From NCBI RefSeq assembly GCF_009834535.1, contig NC_045697.1:2544001-2608000 (forward strand): a DNA stretch of 64,000 nucleotides. The letters run 5' to 3'. Under the pieces are notes generated by a model. The model made no database searches. It saw only the letters and a program-made list of their open reading frames with translations, and was not told the DNA's origin. Below are positions 13,401-26,547 of the stretch, in pieces. The stretch is from Camelus ferus. Taxonomy: Eukaryota. The translations under genes were made by a program, and so were the position numbers. Position 1 is the stretch's first letter. Every line of letters starts with the position of its first letter.

Positions 13401-16400
13401 TGCCAGGTGACTGAGGAGTATAACTCCTTCTGCCTGTGCCTGTGGGGGCCACCTCAAAAGTAGCTGGACGGAACAGTGTGTAATTATGTGGAACAGCGTG
13501 GGACGGCATTGGGGCTTTGCCCAAGCTTGAGCGTTGGGTCCTGGCCCTGATGTGGGCAGGAGTTAGAGATTTGTCGCCTGCGGTATATTCTCACCTTTGT
13601 AAACTCCAGACCCTCTGTCCTGCCAAGTGGCCCCTCTAGGACTCCCTCCCTTTGAGAAATTGGGGCCCCACCTGGAGTGCCTGCTCTGGTTCACGTGACC
13701 TTGGGGGGCTCAGTCCACCTTCCCGTCTTGGTCCTCCCACTTCCTACAGTCTGGGAAATGACAGGCTGCTGTCACTCCCCCACATTTTGTGCCTTCCTGA
13801 ACGCTTCCCGGGTTTTTGCTCAAGTTGGAATGGTCTCCCCCACAATTCTGCAAGGCTGGTCTTGCTTTGCTCTGGCATCCCGCAGGACCCTGAGTCCTTG
13901 AGCCCCTCTCTATCTGGACAGTCCCCAGGCCCACAGCTTTGCCTCCTTCCTGGCTCCAGTGTCTGTCCTGCCCCACCCTGCCCCGCCACTGTCCCTCTCT
14001 AGAACCGTCCCTCCTCCCCTCGCAGGCTTCCTGGCCCCCCACCCCTTCTCCCTGCTTCAGCCCAGAACGGGTGTTTCTAACACACGGGACCATCCCTCTC
14101 CAGCTCGTCCCCTCCTCACTGTCTCCCTCATGTCCAGCTTCTCAGCCCCACGCGGCCAGTTCTGCCATCATGACAAACTAATTGTCATCTCTTTTTTGCC
14201 CCCAAGTCATTGTCTACACTGCTTCCTATGTGGAATTCCCTTCTCCTTCTGTGATACCTGGCCAATACTACCCATTCTTGGCAACCTGGCTCCAAGTCAC
14301 CTCCACCAGGCAGCCTTCCTTGATCTCTAGGTTGGGTGAGGGCCACTCTGCCCTCCCAGAGCACCTGGGGCTACCCTTGGTCCTGGCTGTGATCCCACGA
14401 CTGTGTGGTCGCCACCTTTTCCCTCATCACCCGGGTCTCCGAGGCTCCCTCCCTGTCCTGGCTCTGCCTCGCAGGCTGCCGCCCGGCCAGTGGTCTCTGT
14501 GGTTGCTGGGCGAGCACTCTGGACGGGGGCAGGTAAAGGGACCATCCCCTTCCTCCCTCTCCTTGCGGTGGTCCCCCGGATGGAGGGCTCCTGCCTGCTG
14601 ACCAAGGTCAATGCCCTTTCCAACGGCCCTTCATTAGTGAGTGGACATCTCGCCGAGTCAGCAGGGACCTCTTCACAGCCCCTGTTCAGGGTCACTAGGT
14701 CCCTGGAGAATGTGGCCGAGGGCGGCCGGCCAACAACAGGGGCCATTGTCCTCTCCTGGCGCGGACGGGGTCGGCCCAGGCCCATCTGGACAGGGCAGGG
14801 GTCGTGACCTCAGCCGCTCTCGAGAGATCCTGCCAAGACCCCAGGCGCAGCCAGGCCGAGGAGAGGGGAGCACAGATGGCGTCCTCGGGAGCCAGGCAGG
14901 GCCGCCGGGGACCTGTTTGAGGGTCCGAGGGAGCAGCTTCATCTCTAAGCCCCTCACCCCGCTGGCTCCCAGGGGGCCTCTTCCACCACAGCCCCGAGGC
15001 ACGGCCAGCACATCTCGGTGGGGGACCCTCCCCTCCCGCGCAGCCCCACGTCTCTGGACACTGAAGCTCTGCGAGGCCCGAGGCAGCTCAGCCCCCGGGA
15101 TTCCCCTCTGGAGACGAGGTGACTGCACCCCACCCTACCTTCATGCCCGTCTGTCTCCGTCCCCCGTCCCCGTCCCGTCCTCACTAGGCCCCTCTGCTGG
15201 GCACGGAAGTGGCCAGTATGTAAGAATTACTGCACGTGCCAGGTGCTCTCCGGGCTGTGTCGCCATGGGAATCCTCCATCCCTGGATGTGTCCACAGGCC
15301 CCAGGGGACACCTGGGAGGAGAAGCACCTTGCCCAGACTCAGCCCTGAGGTCCGTGCGGGCCCAGCAGCTGGAGGAGGAGCCGGCGGGGAACCACTTCCT
15401 GGGCACGCGCCCTCCAGCCCCTTGCCTGAGCGACACACGTCTTCTGAGTCCTCGCCGAGGCCCCGCTGGATTATTGTCACTGATGATGCTGGTTTTGCTT
15501 CACGTATTTTTGGTCTTTCAAGAAATCAGCCTTCACAGGCTCAGCCGAAACCCTCCCCTTCTCCTTGCCCTTCCCTACCCGCTCCTCGCCGCCCCCCAGC
15601 TCACCTTTATCCCACGCGTGTAAGTTCAAATGCTTCAGCCCCGCCTGCACACGGCGGGGCCAGTAGACGCTAGTGACGCGGACATTGAAGACGTTAACAG
15701 AAAGTCACAGTGCATTTAGTCCTCTTCCTTAGCTCCTTCCACCCGAGCCTGGGCTGCTCCTAAGCCCTGCCCATGCAGGGCCAAGGGGCTGCTGTAAGAG
15801 AGGAGATATTCGGGGGGGGCCTCTGTGTTGCTGATGAGGACACAGAGGCTCAGATCCACGAGGGGCTGGCACGCACTCACGGGTCTGCACGGGCCTGAGC
15901 TGGGCCTCAAAGCCGGCCTGGCTGAGCAGCGTCTCCCGGAAGGGAGGCGGCTTCCCGGTCTTCCAGTGTCCTGGCCCCACTGACCCCTGAGCTGGGCCGC
16001 TCTGAGCAAGGCCGAGCGTCCCCATGGCCAGGCCTTGTCCAGGCTTTTCTGTCTCGACACATGCCTCCCTTCTGCTCACCTGCCTGGAACCCCCTTGGTC
16101 TTTAAGGCCCGGCTGAAAAGCCCCTGCCAGGCTCATCAGCTCTGGATTAAACGGGGTCAGAGGGGTCACTTGGCCAGGTTAGTCGCCAGCTGAGGACTAG
16201 CTGCTCTCCCCAGAGATCCAGGGTGAACCCAAGAAACTGTCCCTGCCCCAGGTTCCGGCGGGTCCCGGCTGTCAGCAGTTCCGGGAGCCACTCTCTGGGC
16301 TGTCCACGTGCTGCTCCCTCCCGGCCGCCCTAACCCCCCCTGCCAAGGGCCGTGCTCCCTGCAAGAGCTCCTCTGAGGACGGGAGCCCAAGTCTGCACCT

Positions 16401-17885
16401 ACGGAGGGCGATGGTGCGTGTCTCAGGGCAGGCCAGGCCCAGACATGCGCCGTGGCATCCTTCAGGCCCCCAGGCCACACCCACGCCCCGCACCCAGTGC
16501 AGAGCCACCCAGCGAGCCACCAGCTCCTGGCTGCCCACACGGAAGGTTTGGGGCAGGCGTGGGGCGCTGCAGCGATGGCCAGCCCGGCTCCTCCCTGCAC
16601 AGTGTGCTGCACACGGCAGGCCCTCCTTCCTCACCCATTGGGTCGCCTGTCAGCTGGCAGCCAGCCCCACAAGCAGTCATCACCCAGTGACCCTGGGCAG
16701 ACACCCCTGAGGTCAGTGCATTCTGCTCATGTAACGAGGGAGTCGACTCACACTGTGGGACCAATTCCGTCCTCTTCAGCAATCTGTGCACCTACTGTGT
16801 GCCGGATCCCATGCTGGGCACCAGGGCTCAACGTGCAGGACATGGTCCCTGCACCTGCACAGCTCTCCTGTGCGTGGGGAGCTGACCCTTCCCTCCCCCA
16901 CCGCCCCGCATCATTGTAGATGGTACCACCACCAATGGGGCAGATTTGGGTCCTCAAGAGGGACCCCAAACCCTGTTCAGGCAGAGCGACACAACCACAT
17001 GGACCCAGGTGCAAATCCAGACTCTTCTGCCTGCTGTGTGCATGGCTGCTTCACCTTTCAGAGGCTGAGTTCCCTTTTCATGAGGTGGGGGTGATGAGGG
17101 GAAGGGCTGATGTGAGGAGGGCTTGGGAGAGCGGGGTAAGGCAGAGTTTTAGTCTCTGCTCCTGGGACTGAGGCAGCGGGGTGGGGGGGGGCCTTCTCTG
17201 CCACTGTGCAGGGGGTGGTCACAGGTGATGTGACAGGTGAGTGATGGCCAAGGTCACAGCTGACAGCCAGGATGGAGATGGAGGCAGAGCCCTCAGGAGC
17301 AGCTGCAGTCTGTGTGCTCAGCAATCGCCAGCTGGACCCCAGAAAGGCAGGCCCCATCACCCCATCCTGCACAGAGTCAGACAGGACAGAGGGAAAGTCA
17401 CCTGTGTGGGGCTCACGGACAATGCTGGACACAGCAGGGGTGGGACGGAGGCCTGGCCGACCCTGGAGCTCTCCTTTCGCACATTCAACCCCAGTCCCTA
17501 AAGAGCCCGCCCTGTGCTGGACACCGGCCGGAGCGAAGTTAAAGCCGGTGGGCCAGACCCGGGCCTGTGGCCGCCGGGGGCTGCCGGCGCCCCCAGCAGG
17601 GCGGGCCTCTTAAGCCTTGGCGGCTTCCTGTGCGCCTTGCTGGCCCTCAAGCCGCCGGGTGAGACACGGCCACACGCTTTTTAGGGGAAGCTCTTCTCCG
17701 TGTCGGTGCTCCTCAGAGGTGCCTGAGGCTCCTAAAACCTGCTTTCTGAGGGGGGCGACCCAGGAGACACCTTCAAGCTTCTTTGTGGAGCTTGCCTGTG
17801 AGGCTCCCCCTTAGATTTCTCTGAGCGCTTGCAAGGGAGCTTGCAGCCCTGCTACAGATTTAATCGGTTTTTAGTTTTGAGACAA

Positions 17886-18045
17886 TTTCCTCCTTCCTTC
17901 CTTCTTTCCTTTCTCTCTTCCTTTTTCTCTTCCTTCCTTCCTTCCTTCCTCCCCTCTCTCTCTCTCTAAATGGAAGTGCTGGGGATTAAACCCCAAACCT
18001 CATGCATGCTAAGCACGCGCTACCATGAGCTGTACCCACCTCCCT
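17886..18045 (-). mobile_element. Vic-1-like SINE with a CT-rich degenerate tail
   Basis: 'aatggaagtgctggggattaaaccccaaacctcatgcatgctaagcacgcgctaccatgagc' preceded by (CTTC/CT)n; possible TSD tgagacaa (17878 / 18057). Confidence 0.8.
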
Positions 18046-18291
18046 ACACCCCACCCTGAGACAAGATTGAATTTTAAAAACTGAAGATATTTTAGAATCA
18101 GAGCAGGCTGGGAAGGAGAAACACTTTTACTTCCGAACACTTCGGTTTCCTGGCACCTTTAAATTTTCTCTAAAATTTTCTTTAAAATCCCACGGTTTGC
18201 TCTCTCCCTCGGCCCCTCCGCCTGCGCGCCACCGCCAGCGTGAGGAGAAGGAAGGAGGCACTTGCGGTGTTTCCCCGGGAATCAGCCAGAC

Positions 18292-18500
18292 CAAGGTCAG
18301 CCAACTACGGTCCACGGGCCAGACCCAGCTGCCGCCTGCTTTTGTGAACAAGGTTTTCCTGGCTCTCAGCCAAGCCCAATCATTCACGTGTTGTCAGTGG
18401 AAGCTTTTCAGCTGCGAGCAGACTTGGGGAGCTGCTCCAGAGGCCGCCGGCCCTCAGCACCTTGGATCTTCGCTGTCTGGCCCTCACAGAGGCCGCCTGT
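18292..18500. mobile_element. MER58A-like DNA transposon
   Basis: 'caaggtcagccaactacggtccacgggccagacccagctgccgcctgcttttgtgaacaaggtttt' follows the MER58A layout through to 'tctggccctcacaga'. Confidence 0.8.
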
Positions 18501-19214
18501 GGTCGCTAAGCTCAGTAGGTGTGTTTCCTGCTCTACCTCTTGCTGCTGGTGACACTTGCCGTCCTTTGGGCCACTCCACAGCGGGCTCCCCGTTTCTCCA
18601 GCCCCATCACAGCCGTCTGACTCTTTCTCAAGATCTCACTGGCGGTCTCCTCAAGGCCCCGTCAGCTTCCGTCGACGGCCCAGGACCAGAGCAAACGCTC
18701 GGCTTTGCTGAGGCGGCTGACCTTTGTCTGTTGCCCGTACAGCAGACCACCGGACTTGGGGGTGTGAACCATCAGTCCTTTCGGAAACAGCCAGTGCCCA
18801 CCGCCTGTCCCTGTTCCAAAAGTCTGGGGTGCCTGCTGGGAGGCCGTGAGGCTCCTCATGACCCAGTGGCTGGAGGGCGCGATGGCCCGAGCTTCACTGC
18901 TTCCATGGTCGGTGTCTGGGCCACGAAGACTAGGACTGCTGACCGGAGTGCCCTGGCCTGGCCTCTCCGCCTGGTTGGGCCTCCTTACAACATGGCCGCC
19001 CTGGGAAATGGACCAACTTCCGCCCACCTCAGGGCTCTTAGGGCGAGTGTTCTGGTGAGTCGGGGGGGGGGGGCGGCACATCACCTTTTCTCTCCTAACC
19101 TCACTTCCACCTCATTGGCTACAGTGAGTCACAAGCACCAGATGTGTGGTGGTCCATGACCCTGCCTCTCGATGTGAGAAGGTTCCAGAACTTGCAGACA
19201 TGTTTTAACACTGC

Positions 19215-19290
19215 CGTACCTCAGTTTCCTCATCTGTAAAATGGAGATGGTGGTAATTCTTACCTTGTGAGGGTGTGAGCATCATACAGG
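19215..19290 (+). mobile_element. MIR SINE fragment
   Basis: MIR core 'cctcagtttcctcatctgtaaaatggagatg...cttaccttgtgaggg'. Confidence 0.8.
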
Positions 19291-19579
19291 TTACTCCGCA
19301 TAAGGGACGTGGGGTGGTGCCGGGGGCGCTCTGTGTCTGTTGGCTGTTATCCCTGGCATCCTCACGTGTAATTGTAAGAAGTACACTTCTTTGGGGTCTG
19401 TTACCTGTCTGTGCAGCTTAAACAAGACTTCATCTTGGAAGGAGCTGAAAGCAAAGGAAGCTGCTTTCCTGAGCCGGTGCCTGTTGCCGGGGCGGATGAG
19501 GGCCTCATGCACGGTCCCCTGAGGTTGTCACTATGAGAGAGGTGCTGGCTGGGCTCACAGGCAGGAGGGGGCCCTGAGG

Positions 19580-19860
19580 CGGTGGAGGCCGGCACACGCG
19601 CCTGCGTGCAGGACCTGCTGGCCACCGCGTCAGCCTGCCAGCGGCCCGCTCACCCCCCGCGCGTCCCCGCCGTGTTCGTGGAGCTCCTGCGACGCGCCAG
19701 GACGTCTCGCGTGGGGCGAGCGGGCCGGCCGGAGCCCCGCCCGCAGAAGCCTCCCTTCTAGGGCTCTTTGCGGTAAATAGTATTAACTATTGCTGCGGGC
19801 TCTCCACTCCCCCGTCCTGGAAGCCGTCCTGCCAAACCTCTGCCGCCTGAACCCACGGCC
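19580..19860. promoter_or_regulatory. Small CpG-rich element
   Basis: Dense CpGs at 19590-19745 next to an AT core with a forkhead-like GTAAATA (19773). Confidence 0.4.
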
Positions 19861-21780
19861 ATGGTGCTTCCTGGAAGCCAAGAAGAAAACAAATCATGAC
19901 CAGGTTCACAGTCTTCACTGCTGGAATGGAGGAAGTGTATTCCTCCAGCCAGAGCTCCACCAAGCACCCACTTTTACAACAGGGCTCTCCCGGGGGCTGC
20001 TACCCAACGGAGGGGGTAGGATGAGCTGGAGAAGCACGTTCGGTTCCGCGGTGCGGTGGATGGTCGCTTTCCGCCCACGGCCAGTGGGGTCCGCTTCCGA
20101 GACAGCTGTTTACGACATCTCCAAGCTCAAGTGGAAACAAGCCCTGGGATTATCTCTCCATTTGGGGTCAAAAGGCATGAATTTCAGCGGCAAAATGGTC
20201 CACGCTGCAATCTTTGTTTTCTGCATGAGCTGATAAACTCTGAGGCAGGCCCGGGGGCCTCCCGCTGCATGGCCCATGAGCTTCCGTAAATCTTTTGACA
20301 GGAGTCATTGTCTGGGACAGCGCCCCAAACGACTTCTCTAAACGGAGCCGTTCACTTGGCGATAATGCGAGGCCGCAGCCGGCCTGCTGATGCGGTGATT
20401 TCACGTCGATGGACGGTCTCGTCCGGGTGTTTGGAGCCTGTGTGCCGGCAGCGCCTCCAGCAGGGGAGAGGGCTCCCCTGGGGCCTGGGGTCTGGGCTGG
20501 GAGCTTAGGGTTCCTGGGGAGGGAGGCATCCACCAGGACCCCCTCCTTTTTTCCCGAGTCAGGAAAACGCCGCAGAGAGGGAGGGTGGGCTGCTGTTACT
20601 TCAGGAGCGCGGGGGTGAGGGCTCATCTCGGGGCCCAGTGTGACTTTAGGACGTGGACTTAACTTCTTTGGCTTTAGTTTTCTTTCTCATCTGTGAAATG
20701 AGTTGAGAGCACTTAGCCCTCGGGGGGCTCTGCGAGCATTAAAGCACACCCTGAAATGGGTTTTCCGTTCCAGACCCGCGGAGGCACTAAGTAAAGGTCT
20801 GCCACGTGGGCCGCCAGCAAGGGCAGAAGAGCCAGTGCCCGGCCGCCATGAGTGCCAGCAAGATGCTCGTGGAGGGGTGTGCGACCCCGTGTGTGTGGCG
20901 GGGACATCTTGCGGACTGAGCACACCAGAGGGGTCGGCATGGGGTCAGGACCGAAGCGGCAGCAACCAGAGGCCTCCAGAGCCTGCCAGGCCCCCCAGAG
21001 GTAGCCCCGCGGAGCACTTCCGTCTGTCCTGTGCTTTGCAAACGCGGCATCGCCCAGCCAGAGCTCTGTGCTCTGCGCTGCGTCCGGGCGGAGCTTCCGC
21101 ACTGCGGTGCGTAGTGTAGCTCGCCCTCCCTCCCTGTGCGTCCTGTCCCCGCAGGTGCATAAACCACGCCCCGGGCCTCGCACACCTGCCTGTGCCAGGC
21201 TTGAGGCCAGGTGCGGGGGGCTGGGAGGCGGCTGTCTTCTGTGCCCCTTTCCTCGCTGACTACACCAGTCAGCCCCCTCGGGAACCTGTGGGCGACGGGA
21301 GGGTGGCCAGTCATCCCGATTTCCCTGAGACTGTCTGCATGTCAGCGCGGACGTCCTGCATCCTGGCCGACTCCTCTTCCCCAGCAAGCCTGCGTGATCA
21401 CCCTTCCAGAGCAGTGGGCATCATCCCTAGACTCCGGAGAGGGCAGAAGGGTGAGATGGGGAGCGTGGGAGAGGCTGGGGCATCGGGAGGACGCGGGGTC
21501 CAGGGTGAGGAGGGGGTGGAGGGGAGACTCCCTAGCTGAGTGCACGGAGCAGTCGGGCCCTCCCAGCACCCCAAGCATGGATCTGCACACTTCAGGGCCT
21601 GGCAGTTGGCATTTCTGGGTCTCTGGGGTCCCTGCCCCTGTATTTCTCCTTATGCCAGGTTATAGGTGCTCTGCCCCCACCTCACACACCTGGGGGGCCC
21701 AGGGTGGCTGAGCACCCTCCGCTGGGCTCAGGGGTTGGTTCCTGGGGGGATCCTGGCCCCAAGTCCTCTTTGTTTGGATC

Positions 21781-22090
21781 CAGAGTTGGCCAACTCCAGC
21801 TCCTGAGCCAACTCCAGCCTTCTAATTTTGCACGCCTGGAGACCAAAAAAACCAAAAAAAAAGAATAGTTTTTATGTTTTTCAAAGGTTGGGGGAAAAAC
21901 ATTTTGCAACATGTGAAAATTGTATGTAAAATTCAAATTTCTGTGGCTACAAATAAAGTTTTATTGGAACCCAGCCACACTCATTCACTCACATGTCTCT
22001 GGCTGCCTTCCTGATCCAAGGGCAGGGAGTCTTGGACAGCCCTCAAAGCTGAAATGCTAGTCTCTGGTCCTTTGAGGACAGCTTGCCTTG
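21781..22090. mobile_element. MER58B-like DNA transposon
   Basis: 'catgtgaaaattgtatgtaaaattcaaatttctgtg...aaataaagttttattggaacccagccacactcattc' is the characteristic MER58B interior. Confidence 0.85.
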
Positions 22091-22199
22091 TGGAAACAGG
22101 TTTGCTAATTACAGCTTCTTTTAAAAACATGGAACACCTCACCAGGCTAATCTCTGTATCGTTCCAATCTTTGTATATGTGCTGCCGAAGCAAGAATTA

Positions 22200-22905
22200 T
22201 AGGGTAAAATGTACTTAACATAATATTTATTATTTAATAATCTGTACGTGTGTAATTCAGTGACCTTAAATGCATTCAGTGTGTCCCCTTCACCACTACT
22301 TTTATCCAAACCTTTTTCATCGCCCCTGTGGTGGTGAAGCTCACGTGTCAGCTTGACTGGGCTACAGGGTGCCCAGATGTTTGGCCAAACAGGATTCCGG
22401 TGTTTCTGGGAGGGAGTTTTTGGAGGAGGTTAGCATTTGAATCAGCAGACTGAGTAAAGCAAACTGCCCTCCCCCCCAGCCCCACGCCTAAGTGCAGGTG
22501 GGCGTCACCCACCCAGCGGAAGGCCTGAGTGCAACAGAAGGGCTGACCCTCCCCAAGTCGGAGGAAATTCTCCAGCCTGATGGGCCTCCACTGGGACGTC
22601 GAGGCTTCCTGATTCTACAGCAGCTTCTGGCCTTTGGGCTCCAGCTGGGACATCAGCTCTGCAGATTTGGGGTTTGCCAATCTACACAGTTCTGTGAGCA
22701 GTTCCTTATAATAAATCTGTTTATGTCTATATCTACATTTGTATTTATATTTTTATCTGTATCTCTACATTTATCTTTTTTCTCTCTGCCTCCTTTTGTC
22801 CTGTTTCTCTGGAAAACCCTGATGAACCCAACCCCCAACATAACCTCCACTCACTGAACAACATCCCCCAACCCTCCCTCTGCCTCTGGTTACCTCCATC
22901 CTTCA
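22200..22905 (-). mobile_element. L1MB-like 3' end fragment split by an MLT2 LTR
   Basis: 'taattcagtgaccttaaatgcattcag...aaacctttttcatcgcccc' resumes after the LTR as 'aacataacctccactcactgaacaac...ctctggttacctcc'. Confidence 0.65.
22327..22830 (+). mobile_element. MLT2 (ERVL) solo LTR
   Basis: Starts 'tgtggtggtgaagctcacgtgtcagcttgactgggct'; ends 'ctgtttctctggaaaaccctgatgaaccca'; flanks gcccc / acccc form a near-perfect 5-bp TSD. Confidence 0.85.
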
Positions 22906-24541
22906 GCTAATTTCCTCTTGGCTCACTGGGGTGAGGAGTAGGGGGGATAATCTGACATTTACGTCCATGACCACGAAGCTCAATTTTAACTTCAAAGGAT
23001 GCAGCATCACAAGCTTGTTTATTTCAGGAAAACATCCATTCTTACAAAAGTGGGGCAATCGCACTCCCAGGAACCACGGGGTTCATGAGTCTCCAGGGCC
23101 TGGCTGCAGACAAGGAGCTCTGAGCTGACGCTGCCCTGGTCTGGACTCGTTCACGGATCGTGGTTTCCAGGAGGAACAGCTGAGCTGCATGTAGGGGGAA
23201 CTCACGTGTCCTCTTGTAGCAGGCAGGTGAGGTCCGCCTGAGCCCCCTGCCCTTTCTCTGTCTGGTTTTCCTGTTCCCGTCTTGCCAGCTTCTCAAGGAT
23301 GCCCAGGACTAGATGAGCAGGGGCCCCTCAAGGCTGGAGCATCACACGCAGGAGGCGAGAGCCTGGCTTCGCCAGTCGGACCTCCTGTCTGCCCTTCACC
23401 TCCTTACCTGTGGTTTGAGGATTAGAGATCGTGGGGTTCAACCGCGCCTGCACAGGGCTTGCCACACATCGGCCCCTAGACCTGTAATATTCCTCCTGCT
23501 CGGGGCTCTGCATCAGGACGTGAGCTTGGCTGCTCTGACAAGGACCCGAGATAGCAAAGGCAGAGGTGAGAGACTCCCACACCCCCAGCAGGGCCTGCAG
23601 GGACCCGCATGTTGCTGGGCCTCCATGGGTTAAGAACCTCACCACTGCAGCCTCCCCAAAAAGTGTGACCAAGAAGTGTTACACACCATCCCTGCTCACA
23701 CCCTAGCTGTACCTCACTGCAAGGAAGGCTGGACACAAGTTCTTCCTTGGGGTGGGGTGAGGCCAGCAAAAGGGAGAGAGGGGACAGCCCACAGTCACTG
23801 CCCAGGACCAAGGGTGCATGTTGGCCTTGAGGTCCTCAGGTGGTCTGGGACAGGGCGTTCAGTAGCCAGCGTGGTGGAAGGAAGGAGGCCACCTTCCTAA
23901 ACCTAAAGGTGGAAGGTTTAGCTCTGAGGCCGAGCTGGTTGGGCAGCCCCTGGTGCTCCCATAGATCTCCCGACCCTTTGCAGACCACTCACTGCACACT
24001 GCTAGGGTCTCCATGGTCTGTCTCCTGCTGGACTGGGAGCACTAGTGGGTACATGGAGGAGTGAGTAAACAGGAGTGAATACCAGCGCTCCAGAAACCCC
24101 AGGAGGACAAAGTCAGTCTATGCAACAAGGGCCAGTTATGGGGCTTGGCGGGCCTAGGGCAGAACACCTCCGATTGTTCTGAGAAAGCTGTGAGGGCTTC
24201 CTGGAAGAAGAGGGGGACACTATCCATTGCCTTGTCTATTGAGAGAGAACTTCCCTGCCTGGGGAAGTTCTGCTGAGCCCAGGGCTAGGACTCACCCAGT
24301 CAAGACAGGGGACCTCCTGCTGGCCATGTTAGGCACTCAGGGATGATGCAGAAGGCTCACTGATTTGAGCTGGAGACCAGGAATGGGCCTCCCTGCTCCA
24401 GATATCATGCTACAGATATACAGCCAGGGCTGCGGCCAGCTTCCAGACCAGCTGAGGAAGGGAAGCTGCTGCTGTTCCAGCCCTCTGCGTGGACTCTGGG
24501 CGGTCAGGTGGGAAGTGGGAAGGAGTTGCAGGAAGAAGCTT

Positions 24542-24636
24542 GGGGCCTGCGCTGGGCGGGGCCTGCGCTGGGCGGGGCCTGCGCTGGGCGGGGCCTGCGC
24601 TGGGCGGGGCCTGCGCTGGGCGGGGCCTGCGCTGGG
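24542..24636. repeat. Perfect 16-bp minisatellite (GGGGCCTGCGCTGGGC) x ~5.9
   Basis: Identical units start at 24542, 24558, 24574, 24590 and 24606, plus a 15/16 unit at 24622. Confidence 0.97.
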
Positions 24637-24724
24637 GAGCAGGCTCTGACCGTCCGCACAGGGGTTTGTTGGCAGGTGGCAAGCTCTCCTATGTATATTT
24701 ACACATAGGTGCAGGCTTATTTGC

Positions 24725-24800
24725 CACCACAATGCCCATGTCATTACTTTCATTTTACAGATGAGGAAACGGAGGCCCAAAGAAGCAAGCTGTCTAAGGC
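24725..24800 (-). mobile_element. MIR SINE fragment
   Basis: 'cattttacagatgaggaaacggaggcccaaagaag'. Confidence 0.8.
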
Positions 24801-25049
24801 TCCAAAGGGAGTGGTGGGGCTGCGCCCAGCGCCAGGTTCTCTGCCGCTACGACTTGTGTTTCCTCTGGCTCCCGGGCGGTGAACTGTCTGGATTCACATG
24901 CAGGGGGTCAGCCTCGGAGTAAGTATGTTTATTGTTAATTCCTGGCTGTGTCCTCGAAGCTGGATGAGATCTTTTATGCATATTTTTGGAGGCTGATGGT
25001 ATCGGGTGATACCTTTCCTAAAATACTTGCCATGCTCAGACCTCTCATA

Positions 25050-25700
25050 CCCAGTACCCTGTTATAGATTATACCTGTGTCAGTGTAACTAATTTATTTT
25101 TACTGCTCAGACTATTTTACTGTGTGATTATAACATGATTTACGTGGCTGTTCTCCCGTACGTCTCCTGATGTTGGGGTGGTTTCCAGCTCCACTGCAGA
25201 CGGTGCTGCCCCCATCAGCCTCTGTATCTCGGGGTGCACTGCCTGCCTGCAGGAGTTGCCCCTGAACTACGCCCGGGAGCCAGTGTTTGCAGAAGCTCTT
25301 CCCAGCAGCTCCACTCTTCGGTAGACCCGAGAGAACCTGCTTTCCAAGGTGCTTGTACTGACCTTCCCGCCTTCCACATCCTCGGCGACATTCCAGACTG
25401 ATGTCCCCAGTCTGCTGGGTGCAAAATGCCCTTTCCTTTGTCGCCTGTTTGTGCTTCCCCCGTTGTCAACATGAAGCGTTTCAACATATGTTTAGGGGCC
25501 TTTCTTTTCTCCTCTTTTGTGAAGCAGCTGCTTGTATATTTTCTTATTTTTAAATATTTTTCCTGCTGTTTTGTGGGGAACCTTCAGGTATCTGTAGATG
25601 AATTCTCCATCCATCATTTATGTTGCAAATACTTTCTCCCAGATGGTGGATTGAAGTTCCATGTTCCTCATGCTGTTTTGTGATGAAGAATTTTTTTACA
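25050..25700 (-). mobile_element. Highly decayed L1ME-like fragment
   Basis: Antisense L1 3'-region motifs 'ttttactgctcagactattttactgtg', 'ttccacatcctcggcgaca' and 'tgttgcaaatactttctccca'. Confidence 0.65.
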
Positions 25701-26547
25701 GACCCCTCTGGCTGCTGTGTGGACGGTGGACCATCCTGAGGACCGCTGTGATGGGTGGCAGCAGAGTGGAAGTGGGGAGAGGGGAGCATCTCTGAGACAC
25801 GTGAAGTCATCAGGACCTGCTGGAGGATGTGAGGATGAGGACAAAGGGTGTCAAGACTGACATGTGTGTGCTGGAACTTTTAGATTCTGTGCATCACAAA
25901 GTCCACCCAGGCAGGGTACTCCCGTCTTCCCAGAGCCTGGGCCCCCCCACCCTCCTGTCTGTGGAGGGAGGAGGAGCCGGAGGGTGGACCAGGGTTCTGG
26001 CTGCACCCTGCTGACCCCGCGTGTCTTCTGGGTCAGGGCATCCTCTCCATTCCTGTTGGCACCTGCTCATGCTCTGACGCTCAGCCACCTGTCCTCCAGG
26101 GCCTCTCGAGTGGCATTTAAAGCCCCAGTCTCCCCCTCGACCCGGTTCCCCTCAACTGGATCTTCCCTTTCCCAGCTGGTCCCCTGAGCTAAGGAGTTAC
26201 TCCTGGCTCAGTTCCCTTACCTCTGCCCTCCTCACCCCCACAGTCCGCCCATGGCTCTTGCTGAGGTCGTGGTCTCCTTACTGCTGAATCCCACAGACAC
26301 TCTCAGGGCTTATTTTAGGAGATGTGGAGGGAACTTTCCGGGGCTGGGCCGTCTTCCTCCTTGAAACAACCTCTTCTCACTCATCTGCAAATCAGATCTC
26401 TTCCTTCTCTCCCCTGCCCCCACACTCCCTCGGGGCTCCTCCCTCCCAGCCCCCCCCCCCTCGTGCTCCCAGGGTTAGCCAGAGGCCCTGTCTTTCTCCC
26501 TCGATGCCCTCTGACTTTGGACAACCTCAGATAGGTCCATGGATTCA

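Noticed and set aside
18197..19159. Longest ORF (320 aa)
   Set aside because: Non-ATG start, runs through a MER58A transposon, no recognisable domain; expected by chance in GC-rich DNA.
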